Shown in pieces: positions 40,372 through 51,564 of a DNA stretch of 64,000 bases. The translations under genes and the position numbers were made by a program. The notes below the pieces were generated by a model. That model was not told where the DNA came from and searched no databases. It saw nothing but the letters and a program-made list of their open reading frames with translations. Each line of letters begins with the position of its first letter. Position 1 is the first letter of the stretch. The DNA comes from Leptospiraceae bacterium (GTDB taxonomy: Bacteria; Spirochaetota; Leptospiria; Leptospirales; Leptonemataceae), in contig JAVJNR010000004.1 of NCBI GenBank assembly GCA_040217195.1, positions 1 through 64,000 of the forward strand, in the 5' to 3' direction.

Positions 40372-41031
40372 TCAAGCCTCAGAATGAACACTGGAGGCCG
40401 GACTGGCAACAGGAATTTCCATACTCAACTCATTGGGCTGACGAGAAATATAGAGATGCGGCACAGAATACAGAAGCTTCCCGGTTTCATTGGAATAGAC
40501 TCTTACATCCCGCATCAGTAACTCTCGATCCTGACCGGAATCCGAGAAGATGGCAACCGAGCCAAAATATACCAGTCCAATCCGGTGGTCCCGAACTATG
40601 ATCCAGTCAAAGGCAGGATCGGGAATATTGTGAAAATGAGTCCAGACATCCGCATCGCCGAAATGGTTTGTAAGGTGTAATGCATGCCCCACGCGGTTGA
40701 TCCACTTATGGGTATGAATGTAGGTCGCAATAAACGAGATAATCACCCCGGTAGCTGCTGCTCCAAACACCTCGGCCGGATTGAGCTTCTGCTCCTCGTC
40801 CAGCAGTACATCGAAGAAAACGAAATCCGGAATACCCGAAAAGACCAGAGATAGAAGCCAGATGAAGATTCCATACAGCCCATAGCTGAAGACAGCAAAA
40901 ACGATGATCTCCAGGTAATCTTCCCAGTCCTTCCGGGGGTTACGACCGCGCATAAGCCTGAACAGAGAACTCGCAATAATTCCAGGAAGAAGCAGAAAGA
41001 TAATGCGAATTAGAAAGCCAGTTACACTCAT
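40372..41031 (-). CDS. DUF6338-like membrane protein, copy 2
   Basis: Paralog of 4444-5151. Confidence 0.75.
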   Translation of the reverse strand: MSVTGFLIRIIFLLLPGIIASSLFRLMRGRNPRKDWEDYLEIIVFAVFSYGLYGIFIWLLSLVFSGIPDFVFFDVLLDEEQKLNPAEVFGAAATGVIISFIATYIHTHKWINRVGHALHLTNHFGDADVWTHFHNIPDPAFDWIIVRDHRIGLVYFGSVAIFSDSGQDRELLMRDVRVYSNETGKLLYSVPHLYISRQPNELSMEIPVASPASSVHSEA

Positions 41032-41064
41032 AGAATTCTCGCCAAAAATGAAATACGTATCTGC

Positions 41065-41457
41065 TCAGTCAAACAGGCCATCCTGACCCAGCCTTTCCAG
41101 CACAGACTTCTCCTCTTTCCTTGCCTTCTTTAATTCCTCTTCCAGCAGAGAGATCACGTTTCTGGTCGCGGCCAGTTGCCCCTTTAACTTCTCCACTTTC
41201 TTACGATCCTTCTGCGTAAGCTGTACGGATGAATCCGCCGCGCGGGATTGGCCTGGTTCGATCTTGCCTTTACCAGAAGCAGTCGGAGACTTCTGCTTTT
41301 TCTTTAGATCGGATACCAGGCGTTTGGCCGTACCTTCCGTTACCTGAACTTTGGACTTCTTCTGGATTTCCTCTGCAAGAGAGCTTTCCCCCTGAAGAAG
41401 TTCATTGAACTTCTTGGATGCCTGTCTGTGATCGGAGCCCGGGTTTTCACGGTTCAT
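41065..41457 (-). CDS. Lys-rich coiled-coil hypothetical protein (possibly a 5'-truncated remnant)
   Basis: 130-aa ORF with a degenerate copy at 5185-5460. Confidence 0.55.
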   Translation of the reverse strand: MNRENPGSDHRQASKKFNELLQGESSLAEEIQKKSKVQVTEGTAKRLVSDLKKKQKSPTASGKGKIEPGQSRAADSSVQLTQKDRKKVEKLKGQLAATRNVISLLEEELKKARKEEKSVLERLGQDGLFD

Positions 41458-41550
41458 TGAACCTTGATTCTTTCCCCGGCGGCCGGATCCCAGGGGCTAG
41501 ATGGGTCGATGACCGGCGTTGCGGGCGGGTCCTTTCTGAACCCGGGCTGG

Positions 41551-41645
41551 TTTCGCCTTAGATCCTCCTCCACGCTCTAACCCGAACTCCGGGGAGCCAC
41601 ATCCCCCGGTTCGTATGATGTCCCACACTGTGCTTTAAACAGAAC
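41551..41645. repeat. pair of 37-bp inverted-repeat sites
   Basis: TTTCGCCTTA...CCCGAAC at 41551-41587 and GTTCGTATGA...ACAGAAC at 41609-41645, 21 nt apart. Confidence 0.75.
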
Positions 41646-41654
41646 GGCGCTCCA

Positions 41655-42017
41655 TTGAAAGATCTATCCCAGGAAGACCTGGGAAATCTTGTAGACTTGA
41701 ACTACAATCATATAGGCCGCTACGAGCGCGGGGAATCCCGGCCTTCGGCACACACAAGCTCAGAGCCGGTGCTGCACAGGATGTGCGAATGTCGCGGAGG
41801 ACAGGATGTCCCAGAGCGACCGGATGCCCTGGGAGTTACTACCGATTATCTACTCGGCGGATCCGAGGACAACTCTGTGCGCGCCGATCTGGAAGATCAG
41901 GAGCTTCTGGATATGTTTCGCCGGGTCCAAAAGCTACCGGAAGACAAGAAGCGATCCGTAAAGGATTTCCTGGAAGCCTCTCTGTTTCGCGAAAGAGTAA
42001 GAGAGGATATTGCTTAG
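41655..42017 (+). pseudogene. XRE-family repressor, 5' truncated and carrying an in-frame mini-element
   Basis: LSQEDLG...IGRYERGESRPSA[insert]DALGVTTDYLL...DQELL. Confidence 0.8.
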
Positions 42018-42094
42018 GGGCAGCGAACGAGAGCGGGTGCTTCGCGCGAAGATGCTGTTTCTCAGATAGCTTTCCTTCCGCGACAACGCATAGC

Positions 42095-42622
42095 CTAATC
42101 AAGAGGTTGACCAATTTCACGATAGTAGTCAGCGATCTCTTGGCGCGAGCCCGGCCAAAATTCGAAGTGTTTCCCTATAAATGTGTTGTCAGGTGCGGGA
42201 TTCATCTTACCTGACTCGTCCAAGGCATTATGCTTAATTACAGAGTGCTTTACAATGCCGTCTAACAAGAATACTGTAATTGTGTAGCGCACCTTGGCAT
42301 CGTAACCTGAAACGCCGGGCTCACTTATTTCAATATTTTCGCCGTAGAAATAGGCATTCACTGCATCATAGGAAAACTGGTCACCATCGATGGTTTTCGC
42401 GCGTGGCTTGCCAAAGACCAGTTTGATGCCAGGACAATTCTCGGTCAGTATCTGTGGCAATGGCTCACCTACTTCAGGTTGACGTTCCAGGATCCGGGGG
42501 AGCTCCGGAGCGTCCCAACCTCGAGATCCAAGCGGACAACGATCAGGCTCAGCTCCTTGCCCCCGGCAGACCGAGCCACCGGCGGTAACGAGGCATAAAA
42601 GAAGATAACCGCCTATTTTCAT
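42095..42622 (-). CDS. lipoprotein-like immunity protein, family member 5
   Basis: ATGA overlap with the toxin stop; PGIKLVFGKP...DGDQFSYD...SGY...ITVFLLDGIVK...KH. Confidence 0.78.
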   Translation of the reverse strand: MKIGGYLLLCLVTAGGSVCRGQGAEPDRCPLGSRGWDAPELPRILERQPEVGEPLPQILTENCPGIKLVFGKPRAKTIDGDQFSYDAVNAYFYGENIEISEPGVSGYDAKVRYTITVFLLDGIVKHSVIKHNALDESGKMNPAPDNTFIGKHFEFWPGSRQEIADYYREIGQPLD

Positions 42623-44200
42623 AGTCCCCCTCCATCCTTCAAAATTTCTTTGAGCGATTTCTCGATGGAACCCATATACTGATCATAATCATGATCTTGC
42701 CCGCTGCCCTTTTGAGTTCCTTTATCATAAAAATCAGAGTGATAACGGCGGTACCATTGATTTATTTTACGATGCGGGAATTTAGGTTCTCCAGCCAGAG
42801 GTATATGGTCACCCGGATTAACGTAGCGACGGAAATGATTGAGACGCTGCGGATGAGGCATTTCATCCGGGGACTGAGCGGGCCCCACACATATAGAATT
42901 CATTGCGGAGATATCATTGTTTATTCCGTATTCTTTCAATGCGATTCCGCCCATAATACCTGCCTGGCTGCGTGCGATGATAGTCTTGATCTTACCGGTG
43001 TTTATCAAGGCCCTAATACTCGCCATCTCAAGTCCGCGACCGATCGAAGATTCATTGGTTGCTTTGAGAGTCGCCGATTCTAAAGTATCAGTCACATAGG
43101 GTACGCCCCGCGTGGGGTTATGAACTGATACAACGTTATCAATGCCATATTTTTGCAGCAAGAGCCACGTTTTATCCAGACCGGCCATAGAGGCCCTCGT
43201 ATCATAATTCTGACCGAACAATACGCCGCCGGTGGAATCTGGCACCTTCAATTCGTTTAGCTTCTGTTGGAACGAGGGCTTTCCATGGGAGTTCATCACT
43301 ATCACGTCGCCTGGCAACAGAGTATGACCATTTATCTCCATGTTCATCGGAGGTGAACGACCCAGCAAATTGGGTTTTGCCGGAAAATCCCTGCCGGGAA
43401 AAGTCTCCTTTATCTTGTTTCCGTATTTATCCGTAAACTCGACCGTATATTCGTTCTTCTCACTGTTGTATAGGACGCGCTCGCCGTTCTTGCCTTTGTA
43501 GACTCGCGTGAACCCTTCCGGACCTTTTTCATATCCCGCAACATATTGCGCGGCCTCAAGATCCATGAGAATCTCTTCGCCTAACCACTCCGTCTTGAGA
43601 ACGCCGGTTAAGCAGCCCTGTCCGCAGCAATTGCCGCGCTCAACCCATTGGTAGTTCGCCGCATTATGCACCACCACACCCTGGTCCGTCACCAGATACG
43701 TATGGTTCTCCGCTACCTCGAAGATATACACTTCCTCCGATCGCGGATCCACCTGCATTTTCGCAATCCGCAGAGTGCCCTTGTCCGTCTTGCTTACATC
43801 ACCGGCGCGTAGCTCTTCTGCTTTCACCCAGCCAAAAACCTGAAGAACTGCTTCGCAGTTCTCCGATTCTACTGCCGCCCTCCGGTTGCCCCATTCAATG
43901 TAGAAAGGATGGCTCCAAGTCGTTTCGATTACAGTACCATCTTCGTAGGTTAGCTGGCAGATTTTATCTGCGGTTCGAATGAAGTTCTGCACCACCGCCT
44001 TGTATTTGCTGGCCACGGATGGCCGAATGCCGCGGAGGACAGGAAGTCCGAGAGCGGCCAAACTCTCCGGTCTTCTCGTTCCATGACAGAACCAGGTCTT
44101 TGGCGCGTACATCTTCGACGTTTTTGTAGAATTGGCCGCCTTTCTCAAACGCTCCCGGCGTGGACCGGTGCACTCTTACAAGAGTGCCCGCAACGAAGCA
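42619..44200 (-). pseudogene. orphan polymorphic toxin cassette: pretoxin HINT plus alpha/beta-hydrolase (lipase-like) tip; HINT frameshifted by a 52-nt insertion
   Basis: Starts CFVAGTLV at 44200; HINT ends VVVHN; tip has IIARSQAG, CVGPA, YVNPGD, QDH. Confidence 0.85.
44005..44056. repeat. 52-bp GGA-hairpin mini-insertion inside HINT
   Basis: Identical to 3362-3413. Confidence 0.85.
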
Positions 44201-44221
44201 GACTCGGATTTTAAAACTGCC

Positions 44222-45121
44222 CTACATCCCTCCGGTGGAGAAATCGATCATATTGTTGATCTTAACGTTTCGATCCAGTTCAGCCTCTGCAGCCGCCTGG
44301 GCCAGATGACGATCCACAGCTCGCAGTACCTTCTTATAGGCCTGGATAATTCTGAACTGCTTTTCATAGGGGATGGGATCCTGTGCATTATGAAGCTGGA
44401 TTCTTTCTTCGGGTTCCACTCCCATGTTGGGTAATGGAATTCCGTCCCATCCAACATAGGTGGGCTTCTGCGAGGTTGGATAGGTATAATACGAGAGGTT
44501 AATTTCACTGTTGTCCAGCAATTGCACATCGGCCCCCGGGGGTTTATTCAGTGCCTGGGCCACATCCTCCGGATTGGGATGTTCAATCCGTCGAACTTCC
44601 CTGGTGTGCTGGATTCCGCTATAATTGATTCTATAGAATTGAACAATCATTCTATCCAGGCCCTGAGTAATATCTTCGGGGTTCTTGGGATACAGAAATA
44701 CATGAGATTCATAGAGATAGATATTGGGAAAGATATCGGTGCTAAAACTCAGACCATGCCGCAATCTCATTCTATAGAAACGTTTTCCCTGCTGATCCAG
44801 GGCAGAAATAAATTCAGTTCGCGCATCCTGATCGGTGAGCACCTCTGCAGACTCCGGATACGGCTGGGCCTTGCCCAGGGCTGCCACGGTGGCTAGATTT
44901 CTGGTGATGCGGCCGTGCAGGTTATCTATTTCAATGTCTCCAAATCCACTGGCACGGTTCTTCTCCCGAATCTCTTTTTCCACAAGGTTGAGCTGATCCG
45001 GACCGATTGCATGCACAGGACGAACCAGCAGCCAGAGTAACAGCGCAGCCTGCGCAACAGCCAGTATTACAGCCAGACCTCTAAGTATTCTGGATCCTTC
45101 ATGGTTGCTTCTAGTTCTCAT
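44222..45121 (-). CDS. hypothetical exported protein
   Basis: GGGGAG RBS, N-terminal hydrophobic segment, 299 aa. Confidence 0.75.
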   Translation of the reverse strand: MRTRSNHEGSRILRGLAVILAVAQAALLLWLLVRPVHAIGPDQLNLVEKEIREKNRASGFGDIEIDNLHGRITRNLATVAALGKAQPYPESAEVLTDQDARTEFISALDQQGKRFYRMRLRHGLSFSTDIFPNIYLYESHVFLYPKNPEDITQGLDRMIVQFYRINYSGIQHTREVRRIEHPNPEDVAQALNKPPGADVQLLDNSEINLSYYTYPTSQKPTYVGWDGIPLPNMGVEPEERIQLHNAQDPIPYEKQFRIIQAYKKVLRAVDRHLAQAAAEAELDRNVKINNMIDFSTGGM

Positions 45122-45202
45122 TGTTCTCCCCTGCTTCGCACCGCGGCGCAGCTCTACCTATTCTTTATCGAACCCGGCACAGCCCAATCTTAAAGACCTG
45201 AG

Positions 45203-45685
45203 CTATCTGTTCTTAATAACTAGATTTAAGAGCTGTTTTTCCAGCTTTTCCATGTGAAGAGCATCTGCTTCGGAAGTCTCATGATCATAACCCAAAAGAT
45301 GATACAATCCATGAATGGTGAGTATTCTGAGCTCATGCAATGGGCTGTGTCCTTTTTCCAGTGCCTGTTTCACGCATTGGGGACGAGAAATTACAATGTC
45401 CCCCAGAGTCAGCGGGCCTGAATCCGGAAAATCCAGGCCTTCTACCTGGGAAAAACTCAATACATCTGTAGTTCTATCTTTATCTCTAAAATCCCGATTG
45501 AGCTGCTGCATTCTGGAATCACCCACCAGGCTAAACGATAGAATTACAGGACGCCTGATTCCCTGCTTTTTCTTGAACATTGGAAGAATCGTATACAATT
45601 CCTGAAGCAATTCTTCATTCGAAGGAAACCCTGCAGGAGGTTTACCGGAAAGGCCTTGAAAAAGTATTTCATCCATGGGTTCCAC
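45203..45685 (-). CDS. ybeY: rRNA maturation endoribonuclease YbeY
   Basis: LNRDFRDKDRTTDVLSF, LGDIVIS, HGLYHLLGYDH. Confidence 0.96.
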   Translation of the reverse strand: MEPMDEILFQGLSGKPPAGFPSNEELLQELYTILPMFKKKQGIRRPVILSFSLVGDSRMQQLNRDFRDKDRTTDVLSFSQVEGLDFPDSGPLTLGDIVISRPQCVKQALEKGHSPLHELRILTIHGLYHLLGYDHETSEADALHMEKLEKQLLNLVIKNR

Positions 45686-45879
45686 TCCAGGAAATCATCT
45701 GAAGGTTAATCTGGGGATTAATCGAATCTTAGACTTTGAATTCATCTGAGTTCTGGTTATTTCGTTTCGTCGAGGCCGGGTATCTATGAGAAAGAAGCAG
45801 TCTGGATTTCAGCGATGAATCTCTGTTGAAATAAACCTGATCGAATAACAAGCTCATGCTGCTGCGAAATTAGACAGTA

Positions 45880-48330
45880 TCAGGATTTCTTCCTGGCAAC
45901 ATTGCGATTGCTGGATTTATCGGTGGAGCCTTCCGATTTCTTTTTTCCCGTTGCTGCTCGTTTTTTGCCGGACGTCGCCTGGCGCTCGGATTCAAGCTTC
46001 TGAGTATCCTGAGCATTCGGATACTTGGGTCTGAAATGATAGGAACTTTGAAGCACTTCTTTAAATGCCTGTTTCACTACACTTAGATCTCCCAGGGTAA
46101 GGCCTGAATCATCCAGCTGGTTTTCAGCCATCTTAATATTGATTATCTTCTGGATTAAGTTATCCAGAGCCGATTCGCTATAATCATCCAGACTACGACT
46201 GGCCGCTTCCAGAGAGTCTGCAATCATTACGATTCCGGTCTCCCTGGACCTGGGTGTGGGGCCTGGATAACGAAAATCCTCTCGATTGACTTTTCGTTTC
46301 ATTTTCTCCAGAGCTTTATGATAGAAAAAAGACATGGTGGATGTGCCATGGTGCTCTGGAATGAATGCGATGACTTCCCGGGGCAGCCTTGCCTGACGGG
46401 CCATTTCAATACCGTCCAGTACATGATCTATGATTACCTTCGCAGCCTTCTGCGGATTGTTTTTATCGATATTCTCTTCTCGTGGAATCAAATGCTGGTT
46501 TTCTACAAAAAATCCGGCCCGTTTCATCTTTCCGATGTCATGATAATAAACACCGGTTCGAACCAGCATTGTATTCAATCCCAGTCTTTCGCAGGCTTTC
46601 TCTGCCAGAGCAGCCACCATCAAAGTATGCGTCCAGGTAGACGGAGCGCGACGAAATAGATCCTGGAGCAATCGGTTTGAAGAGTCTGCAAGTTCAATTA
46701 GCTTGAAACGAGTGGGCACATTAAACAATGTTTCGAATACAGGCAGCACTGCCATGGCCAGAATGGTGGCCAGACCGGATCCTATCTGGGCCCGCAGAGC
46801 TTTCAGAAAACTCAACGAAAATAAAGTTGTTTCTTCGCCTGTTGCAAGAATGGGCTTCTGACTGTATAAATATCCGGCCACCACAATGACGCTGCCTACC
46901 AGCGCAATAGTCAGACCAGTGGTAATGAAATGCAGACGATTCTTGATTCTGGACCCGAGGATTCCTGCCAGAAGGGCACTTGCAAAAGCAATTAGCAATG
47001 AGTTGCCATCGTAGTTACTTGCAATAAAGACAAGAAAGCCCAGATAGCAACCTACAATCAGAGCAAGAATCTCTCCAAAGATAAGAGCGATGAGTACTAC
47101 AAAGAATCCAATGGGAATGTAACTTCCGAAGAATGCGGATAATTCCAGACGAGCCCTGTCTTCCTGCCATAAATTGAGCACAAAAAGTAGCAGCAGCCCA
47201 AAGGACCAGACCACCAGATAAAGCATCATATTGCCGGAAACATCGTCCAGCTTGTGCCGCGCAAATCTCATGGACAGGTAAAGAAGCAATGCAACCAGCA
47301 ATATCTGTTGAATAAACAAAGCAGCCACTCGACCAATGCGATCCCGATTCATGGCCTGGTTGTAGAACTCAAGAGCGCGATACTTCTCGCTTGTAATCAC
47401 ATCCCCTTTCTGGACCAGCACTTCCCCTTTCTTGGAGCGATACATTGGAGGCTTCACTTCTTTGGCCGCCAGGGCACGCGCTTCTTCTGTGGCCTCTGGA
47501 TCAAACCTGGCCGGTTCCATATAATAGAGATAATGCACGGTGAGCTGTACTATAGCCTCCCGGAATTGCCCTGCCGGACTTTGAAGCTTTTTGGCTGCAA
47601 TGTCTCGAATTACGGATAATACATTACCGGAAACAAGCAGGTTCCTTCGAATGAGCCTGTCCGCCGGCAAAGTGCTTTCTGTGGGTGCACTGCCAGGCTG
47701 AATGTCCTGTACAACCACAAGATTGCCCTTGAAGTCCCCGCTATCCGGATATTCGTGCAGAATAATAAATTCCTGATAGGACAGGTTGGCCAGCTGCTGA
47801 AGCTGCTTTCGCACATATTCGGATCTGTAAGCAAGTATGGTTTCCCATTGCTTCTTACTCAGACCGGATAGTCGCCAGATTCTCAAGTCTCCTCGCACAC
47901 AGGCTCGACGCTCGTTGAAATTCGCATACTCGAAGCGACATCGTTTAACTGCCTGGAGATCTGAATTCAGAGTTTTCTGGAAGCTACCTTCCGGGCCCAG
48001 TATGGCCAGATCCCGGATGAAATGGAGTGGAGCATTCTTTTGCGCATCCTCGCGAGCCAGTTTATATTGCTCCTCCAGAGTAAATTGAATATCGGTGGTA
48101 GCAACTACGGTTTCCGGTGCCGGTTTTCCTGCAGCAAATGAGCCGTCCGGACCAAGTTTCAGTTCCTTTTTAATGATTACAGGATACGAAAGAACCAGAG
48201 TAAGTATAATAACTGTAAGAGCCAGCAATGCCAGCTGTAGCTTTCGCACGAAAGCAGCCGGTCGGGAAGCTGTTAGAAAATCGGATAACCGAACCAGCCA
48301 GCCTTGAAAGATGGATTTAATTGAGAACAC
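45880..48330 (-). CDS. 7TM-HD phosphohydrolase (PgpH-like)
   Basis: Extracellular domain, 7 TM segments, APSTWTH, YYHDIGK, EHHGT, FRYPGP, ADSLEAASR. Confidence 0.92.
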   Translation of the reverse strand: MFSIKSIFQGWLVRLSDFLTASRPAAFVRKLQLALLALTVIILTLVLSYPVIIKKELKLGPDGSFAAGKPAPETVVATTDIQFTLEEQYKLAREDAQKNAPLHFIRDLAILGPEGSFQKTLNSDLQAVKRCRFEYANFNERRACVRGDLRIWRLSGLSKKQWETILAYRSEYVRKQLQQLANLSYQEFIILHEYPDSGDFKGNLVVVQDIQPGSAPTESTLPADRLIRRNLLVSGNVLSVIRDIAAKKLQSPAGQFREAIVQLTVHYLYYMEPARFDPEATEEARALAAKEVKPPMYRSKKGEVLVQKGDVITSEKYRALEFYNQAMNRDRIGRVAALFIQQILLVALLLYLSMRFARHKLDDVSGNMMLYLVVWSFGLLLLFVLNLWQEDRARLELSAFFGSYIPIGFFVVLIALIFGEILALIVGCYLGFLVFIASNYDGNSLLIAFASALLAGILGSRIKNRLHFITTGLTIALVGSVIVVAGYLYSQKPILATGEETTLFSLSFLKALRAQIGSGLATILAMAVLPVFETLFNVPTRFKLIELADSSNRLLQDLFRRAPSTWTHTLMVAALAEKACERLGLNTMLVRTGVYYHDIGKMKRAGFFVENQHLIPREENIDKNNPQKAAKVIIDHVLDGIEMARQARLPREVIAFIPEHHGTSTMSFFYHKALEKMKRKVNREDFRYPGPTPRSRETGIVMIADSLEAASRSLDDYSESALDNLIQKIINIKMAENQLDDSGLTLGDLSVVKQAFKEVLQSSYHFRPKYPNAQDTQKLESERQATSGKKRAATGKKKSEGSTDKSSNRNVARKKS

Positions 48331-48332
48331 TC

Positions 48333-49487
48333 TTAAACCTCGGACTCTTCTTCTTCAAATGCAGCCACTATGCGCTCCACAATGGCATTACGTACTATAT
48401 CTTCTTTACCAAATCGAATTACCGAAATACCGTTTACTCGTTCCAGAATTCTGACTGCTTTAAGCAAACCGCTTTTGCCCGGATTTAGATCTACCTGGGT
48501 TTCGTCCCCCCCCAGGCACATATAGGAATTCCTTCCAAGCCTTGTAAGAAACATCTTCAACTGCGCCAGAGTACAGTTTTGGGCTTCATCCAGTACTACC
48601 ATGGCCTGGTTTAAAGTTCGACCTCGCATATAAGCCAGAGGAGCGATTTCAATTCGACGGGCTGCAATCATGCTATGCACTTTTTCCATACCCAGGCATT
48701 CATAAAGAGCATCATATACAGGACGTAAATAGGGATCCACTTTCTGGTTCAAATCGCCAGGCAAGAAGCCCAGACTTTCGCCCGCCTCTACTGCAGGTCT
48801 GGTGAGAATGATTCGATCCACATCTCCGTCCAGTAGCTTTCTGCAGGCCATAACAATGGCCAGAAAGGTTTTACCTGTTCCAGCAGGGCCCAGACAAATT
48901 GTAACCGGCTTGTTTTGCACCGATTCCAGATAGGCAGCCTGTCTATGTGTTCTGGGGTATATGGGTTTTCCGCGAGCCGTGACAAAAACCTTCTGTCGTG
49001 TGCTTTCCAGGGCTTCTGCGGATTCTACATTATCATGATCGGTTTGATCTTCGCCTTCTTCCCGGCTCCTATCGGACGAATGGTGGGCTCCATCGCCGGA
49101 AGGAATTTCTGTGGGCTGCAGATCCGATTCTTTCAATGAACCGTTTCCATCCTTTCTGGCACTCCCGGTATTTACAGCATTCCCGGCGCTAATATTCCCA
49201 TCCGAATGGTCATTCTTATCTTTCTTTTGCAACATGGAGTAGATATATTTCAGGTCGAACTCTTCAATACTGTGCCGGGGTCTATGATCGTAATCTCTGG
49301 AAATTCGCTCGAATAATTGACGGGCCAGTTCTACCGTTTTTCCTTCCCTTCCCTGAATTACAAATCCGTTGCCCCTGGGAATTAACTGTACGGAAAGAAT
49401 TCGTTCCAGGGATGCCACATTGCCATCGGCTATGCCACAAAGGGATCGAAACAATTCAGGATTTTCGAACTGGAAGCGGGCCTCCAT
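48333..49487 (-). CDS. phoH: PhoH-family ATPase
   Basis: [35 protein letters not shown]. Confidence 0.95.
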   Translation of the reverse strand: MEARFQFENPELFRSLCGIADGNVASLERILSVQLIPRGNGFVIQGREGKTVELARQLFERISRDYDHRPRHSIEEFDLKYIYSMLQKKDKNDHSDGNISAGNAVNTGSARKDGNGSLKESDLQPTEIPSGDGAHHSSDRSREEGEDQTDHDNVESAEALESTRQKVFVTARGKPIYPRTHRQAAYLESVQNKPVTICLGPAGTGKTFLAIVMACRKLLDGDVDRIILTRPAVEAGESLGFLPGDLNQKVDPYLRPVYDALYECLGMEKVHSMIAARRIEIAPLAYMRGRTLNQAMVVLDEAQNCTLAQLKMFLTRLGRNSYMCLGGDETQVDLNPGKSGLLKAVRILERVNGISVIRFGKEDIVRNAIVERIVAAFEEEESEV

Positions 49488-49666
49488 ATAGTTCAGCGGA
49501 AACCCTCTTCGAGAGGAAAGTGAGGTCTGTTCAGTGCCATGCAATCGATGGGCTCAGTGAAAGGTGCCTTTCAATAGAAGGCAAGATATTTTCCCGTCTG
49601 AAAAACAGCAAATTAGCAATCCAAACCATAAGACGCGGCCGGGAAAGTGCCATCCGGGCCGAACTC

Positions 49667-51484
49667 TTAGGAGGATCCGGAACCGCCTGTCAGGGAACGA
49701 AGTCTCAATTCCTGCAATTGCTTGATTTCCACGGTAGATGGTGAATCGCTCATCAGGCAGGTACCTCTCTGAGTCTTGGGAAATGCAATAACATCTCGAA
49801 TGGAGTCCCGGTTCATAAATAGCATCATCACTCTATCCAGACCGAAGGCAATTCCTCCATGAGGAGGGGCACCGTATCGCAGAGCATTCAGTAAGAATCC
49901 AAAGCGTTCCTCTGCATCTTCCTGCGAGATACCCAGTGCATTGAGTACAGTCATTTGAGCGTCAAAACGATGTAAACGAATGGAGCCACCACCGACTTCG
50001 CTGCCATTGATTACCAGGTCATAGGCCCGACTACGAATCTTATCGCCTTCTTTCTTAAACCTTTCCGGATCTTCCAGGATGGCCATATCTTCGTCCACGG
50101 GCGCAGTAAAAGGATGGTGAACGCTATACAGCTCTCCATTTTCGTCTCGATCGAACAGTGGAAAGTCAGTAATCCAGGTCACGGCATAGGTATCCGCTGG
50201 AATCATGTTCAGTTGTTTGGCCAGGCGAAGACGCAGAGCCCCCAGGGTAGCATGTACGATGTATTCTTTGTCCGCACCAAAAAGGATTAGATCTCCTTCT
50301 TTAGATCCGGTGGCTTTCGAAAGTTCTTCCAGTTGATCCGCTTCAAAGAATTTCGAGATAACGGATTTTAAACCCTCTTTTTCGTGCTTGAGCCAGGCCA
50401 GACCGCCTGCCCTATAATCTGTTTGCACCCAGTGCGTAAGATCATCGATGTCTTTGCGCGAAAGTTTTGCCCCTCCGGGAACACAAAGAGCTTTTACTCT
50501 ACCGCCGGACTCCAGAGCTTTTTTGAACACACCAAAGTTAGAGCGCATTGCAATGTCAGCCACATCCACAAGCTTCATTTCAAAGCGAAGATCCGGCCGG
50601 TCGGAACCATAATCTTCCATGGCCTGATGATAACTCATTCTAGGAAATGGAGTGTTCAGTTTAACATCAAAAACAGTCTTCAATACGCTGGTCCACAGTC
50701 CTTCCAGCTCATCCATCACCATGTTTTCATCTACAAAGCTAAGCTCCATATCAAGCTGAGTAAACTCCGGCTGACGATCCGCTCGAAAGTCCTCATCTCT
50801 AAAGCATTTTACAATTTGAAAATAACGTTCCAGTCCACCTACCATCAGGAGCTGTTTGAAGATCTGAGGAGACTGGGGCAGAGCATAGAATTTCCCTGGA
50901 GATAGTCTGGCAGGAACCAGAAAATCTCTGGCACCTTCCGGAGTGGATTTGTTCAATACCGGGGTCTCAACCTCAAGGTACTGTCGTTGCTCCAGGTACG
51001 CTCGAATAGCCTGATTCAAACGGGAGCGCATAATCATAGCATCCCGTAACTCATCCCGGCGCATATCCAGGTAGCGAAACTTCAGTCGGGTCTCTTCTCC
51101 TACGTCTCCGTATTCATCCAGAGGAAATGGAAGAGCCTGGGACTTACTGAGAATTTCAAATTCCCCTACAAGAATCTCAACCTCACCAGTATTCAAAGAT
51201 GGGTTAATGGCCTCTTTGTCCCGGAGTCGAACCTTGCCATGTACGGCCAGGACGAACTCACTGCGGATGGTACTTGCCAGGTCAAATTCGGAAATCTCCG
51301 ATCGATCAAAAACCAGCTGAACAATGCCTGAGCGGTCTCTTAAATCTATGAAAATCAAACCACCCTGATCCCGGTAACGAAATACCCATCCCAGAACGTA
51401 GATTTCTTTTCCATCGTGACCTTTGTTCACATCATTGCAGTGAACTCGCTCTCTGTAGGCCTTATCCATCCAGCTTGCTACCAT
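49667..51484 (-). CDS. aspS: aspartate--tRNA ligase
   Basis: FIDLRDRSG, ALPQSPQ, FRDED, GAPPHGGIAFGLDR. Confidence 0.97.
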   Translation of the reverse strand: MVASWMDKAYRERVHCNDVNKGHDGKEIYVLGWVFRYRDQGGLIFIDLRDRSGIVQLVFDRSEISEFDLASTIRSEFVLAVHGKVRLRDKEAINPSLNTGEVEILVGEFEILSKSQALPFPLDEYGDVGEETRLKFRYLDMRRDELRDAMIMRSRLNQAIRAYLEQRQYLEVETPVLNKSTPEGARDFLVPARLSPGKFYALPQSPQIFKQLLMVGGLERYFQIVKCFRDEDFRADRQPEFTQLDMELSFVDENMVMDELEGLWTSVLKTVFDVKLNTPFPRMSYHQAMEDYGSDRPDLRFEMKLVDVADIAMRSNFGVFKKALESGGRVKALCVPGGAKLSRKDIDDLTHWVQTDYRAGGLAWLKHEKEGLKSVISKFFEADQLEELSKATGSKEGDLILFGADKEYIVHATLGALRLRLAKQLNMIPADTYAVTWITDFPLFDRDENGELYSVHHPFTAPVDEDMAILEDPERFKKEGDKIRSRAYDLVINGSEVGGGSIRLHRFDAQMTVLNALGISQEDAEERFGFLLNALRYGAPPHGGIAFGLDRVMMLFMNRDSIRDVIAFPKTQRGTCLMSDSPSTVEIKQLQELRLRSLTGGSGSS

Positions 51485-51564
51485 ATGGTCTCATTTCTAC
51501 GGCGGTACATACAGGCGAGTAGAAAAATCGTTCACCGGCTGGGGCCCTGTTCTAAACCGGTCTC

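Noticed and set aside
44198..44224. read-through fusion of the 44222-45121 protein to HINT (the TAG is in frame with CFVAGTLV seven codons later)
   Set aside because: There is a one-in-three chance of this phase, no read-through signal, and the HINT is frameshifted just downstream.
48990..49230. intein or mobile insert in phoH
   Set aside because: It is a low-complexity hydrophilic linker between domains with no splice motifs or repeats.
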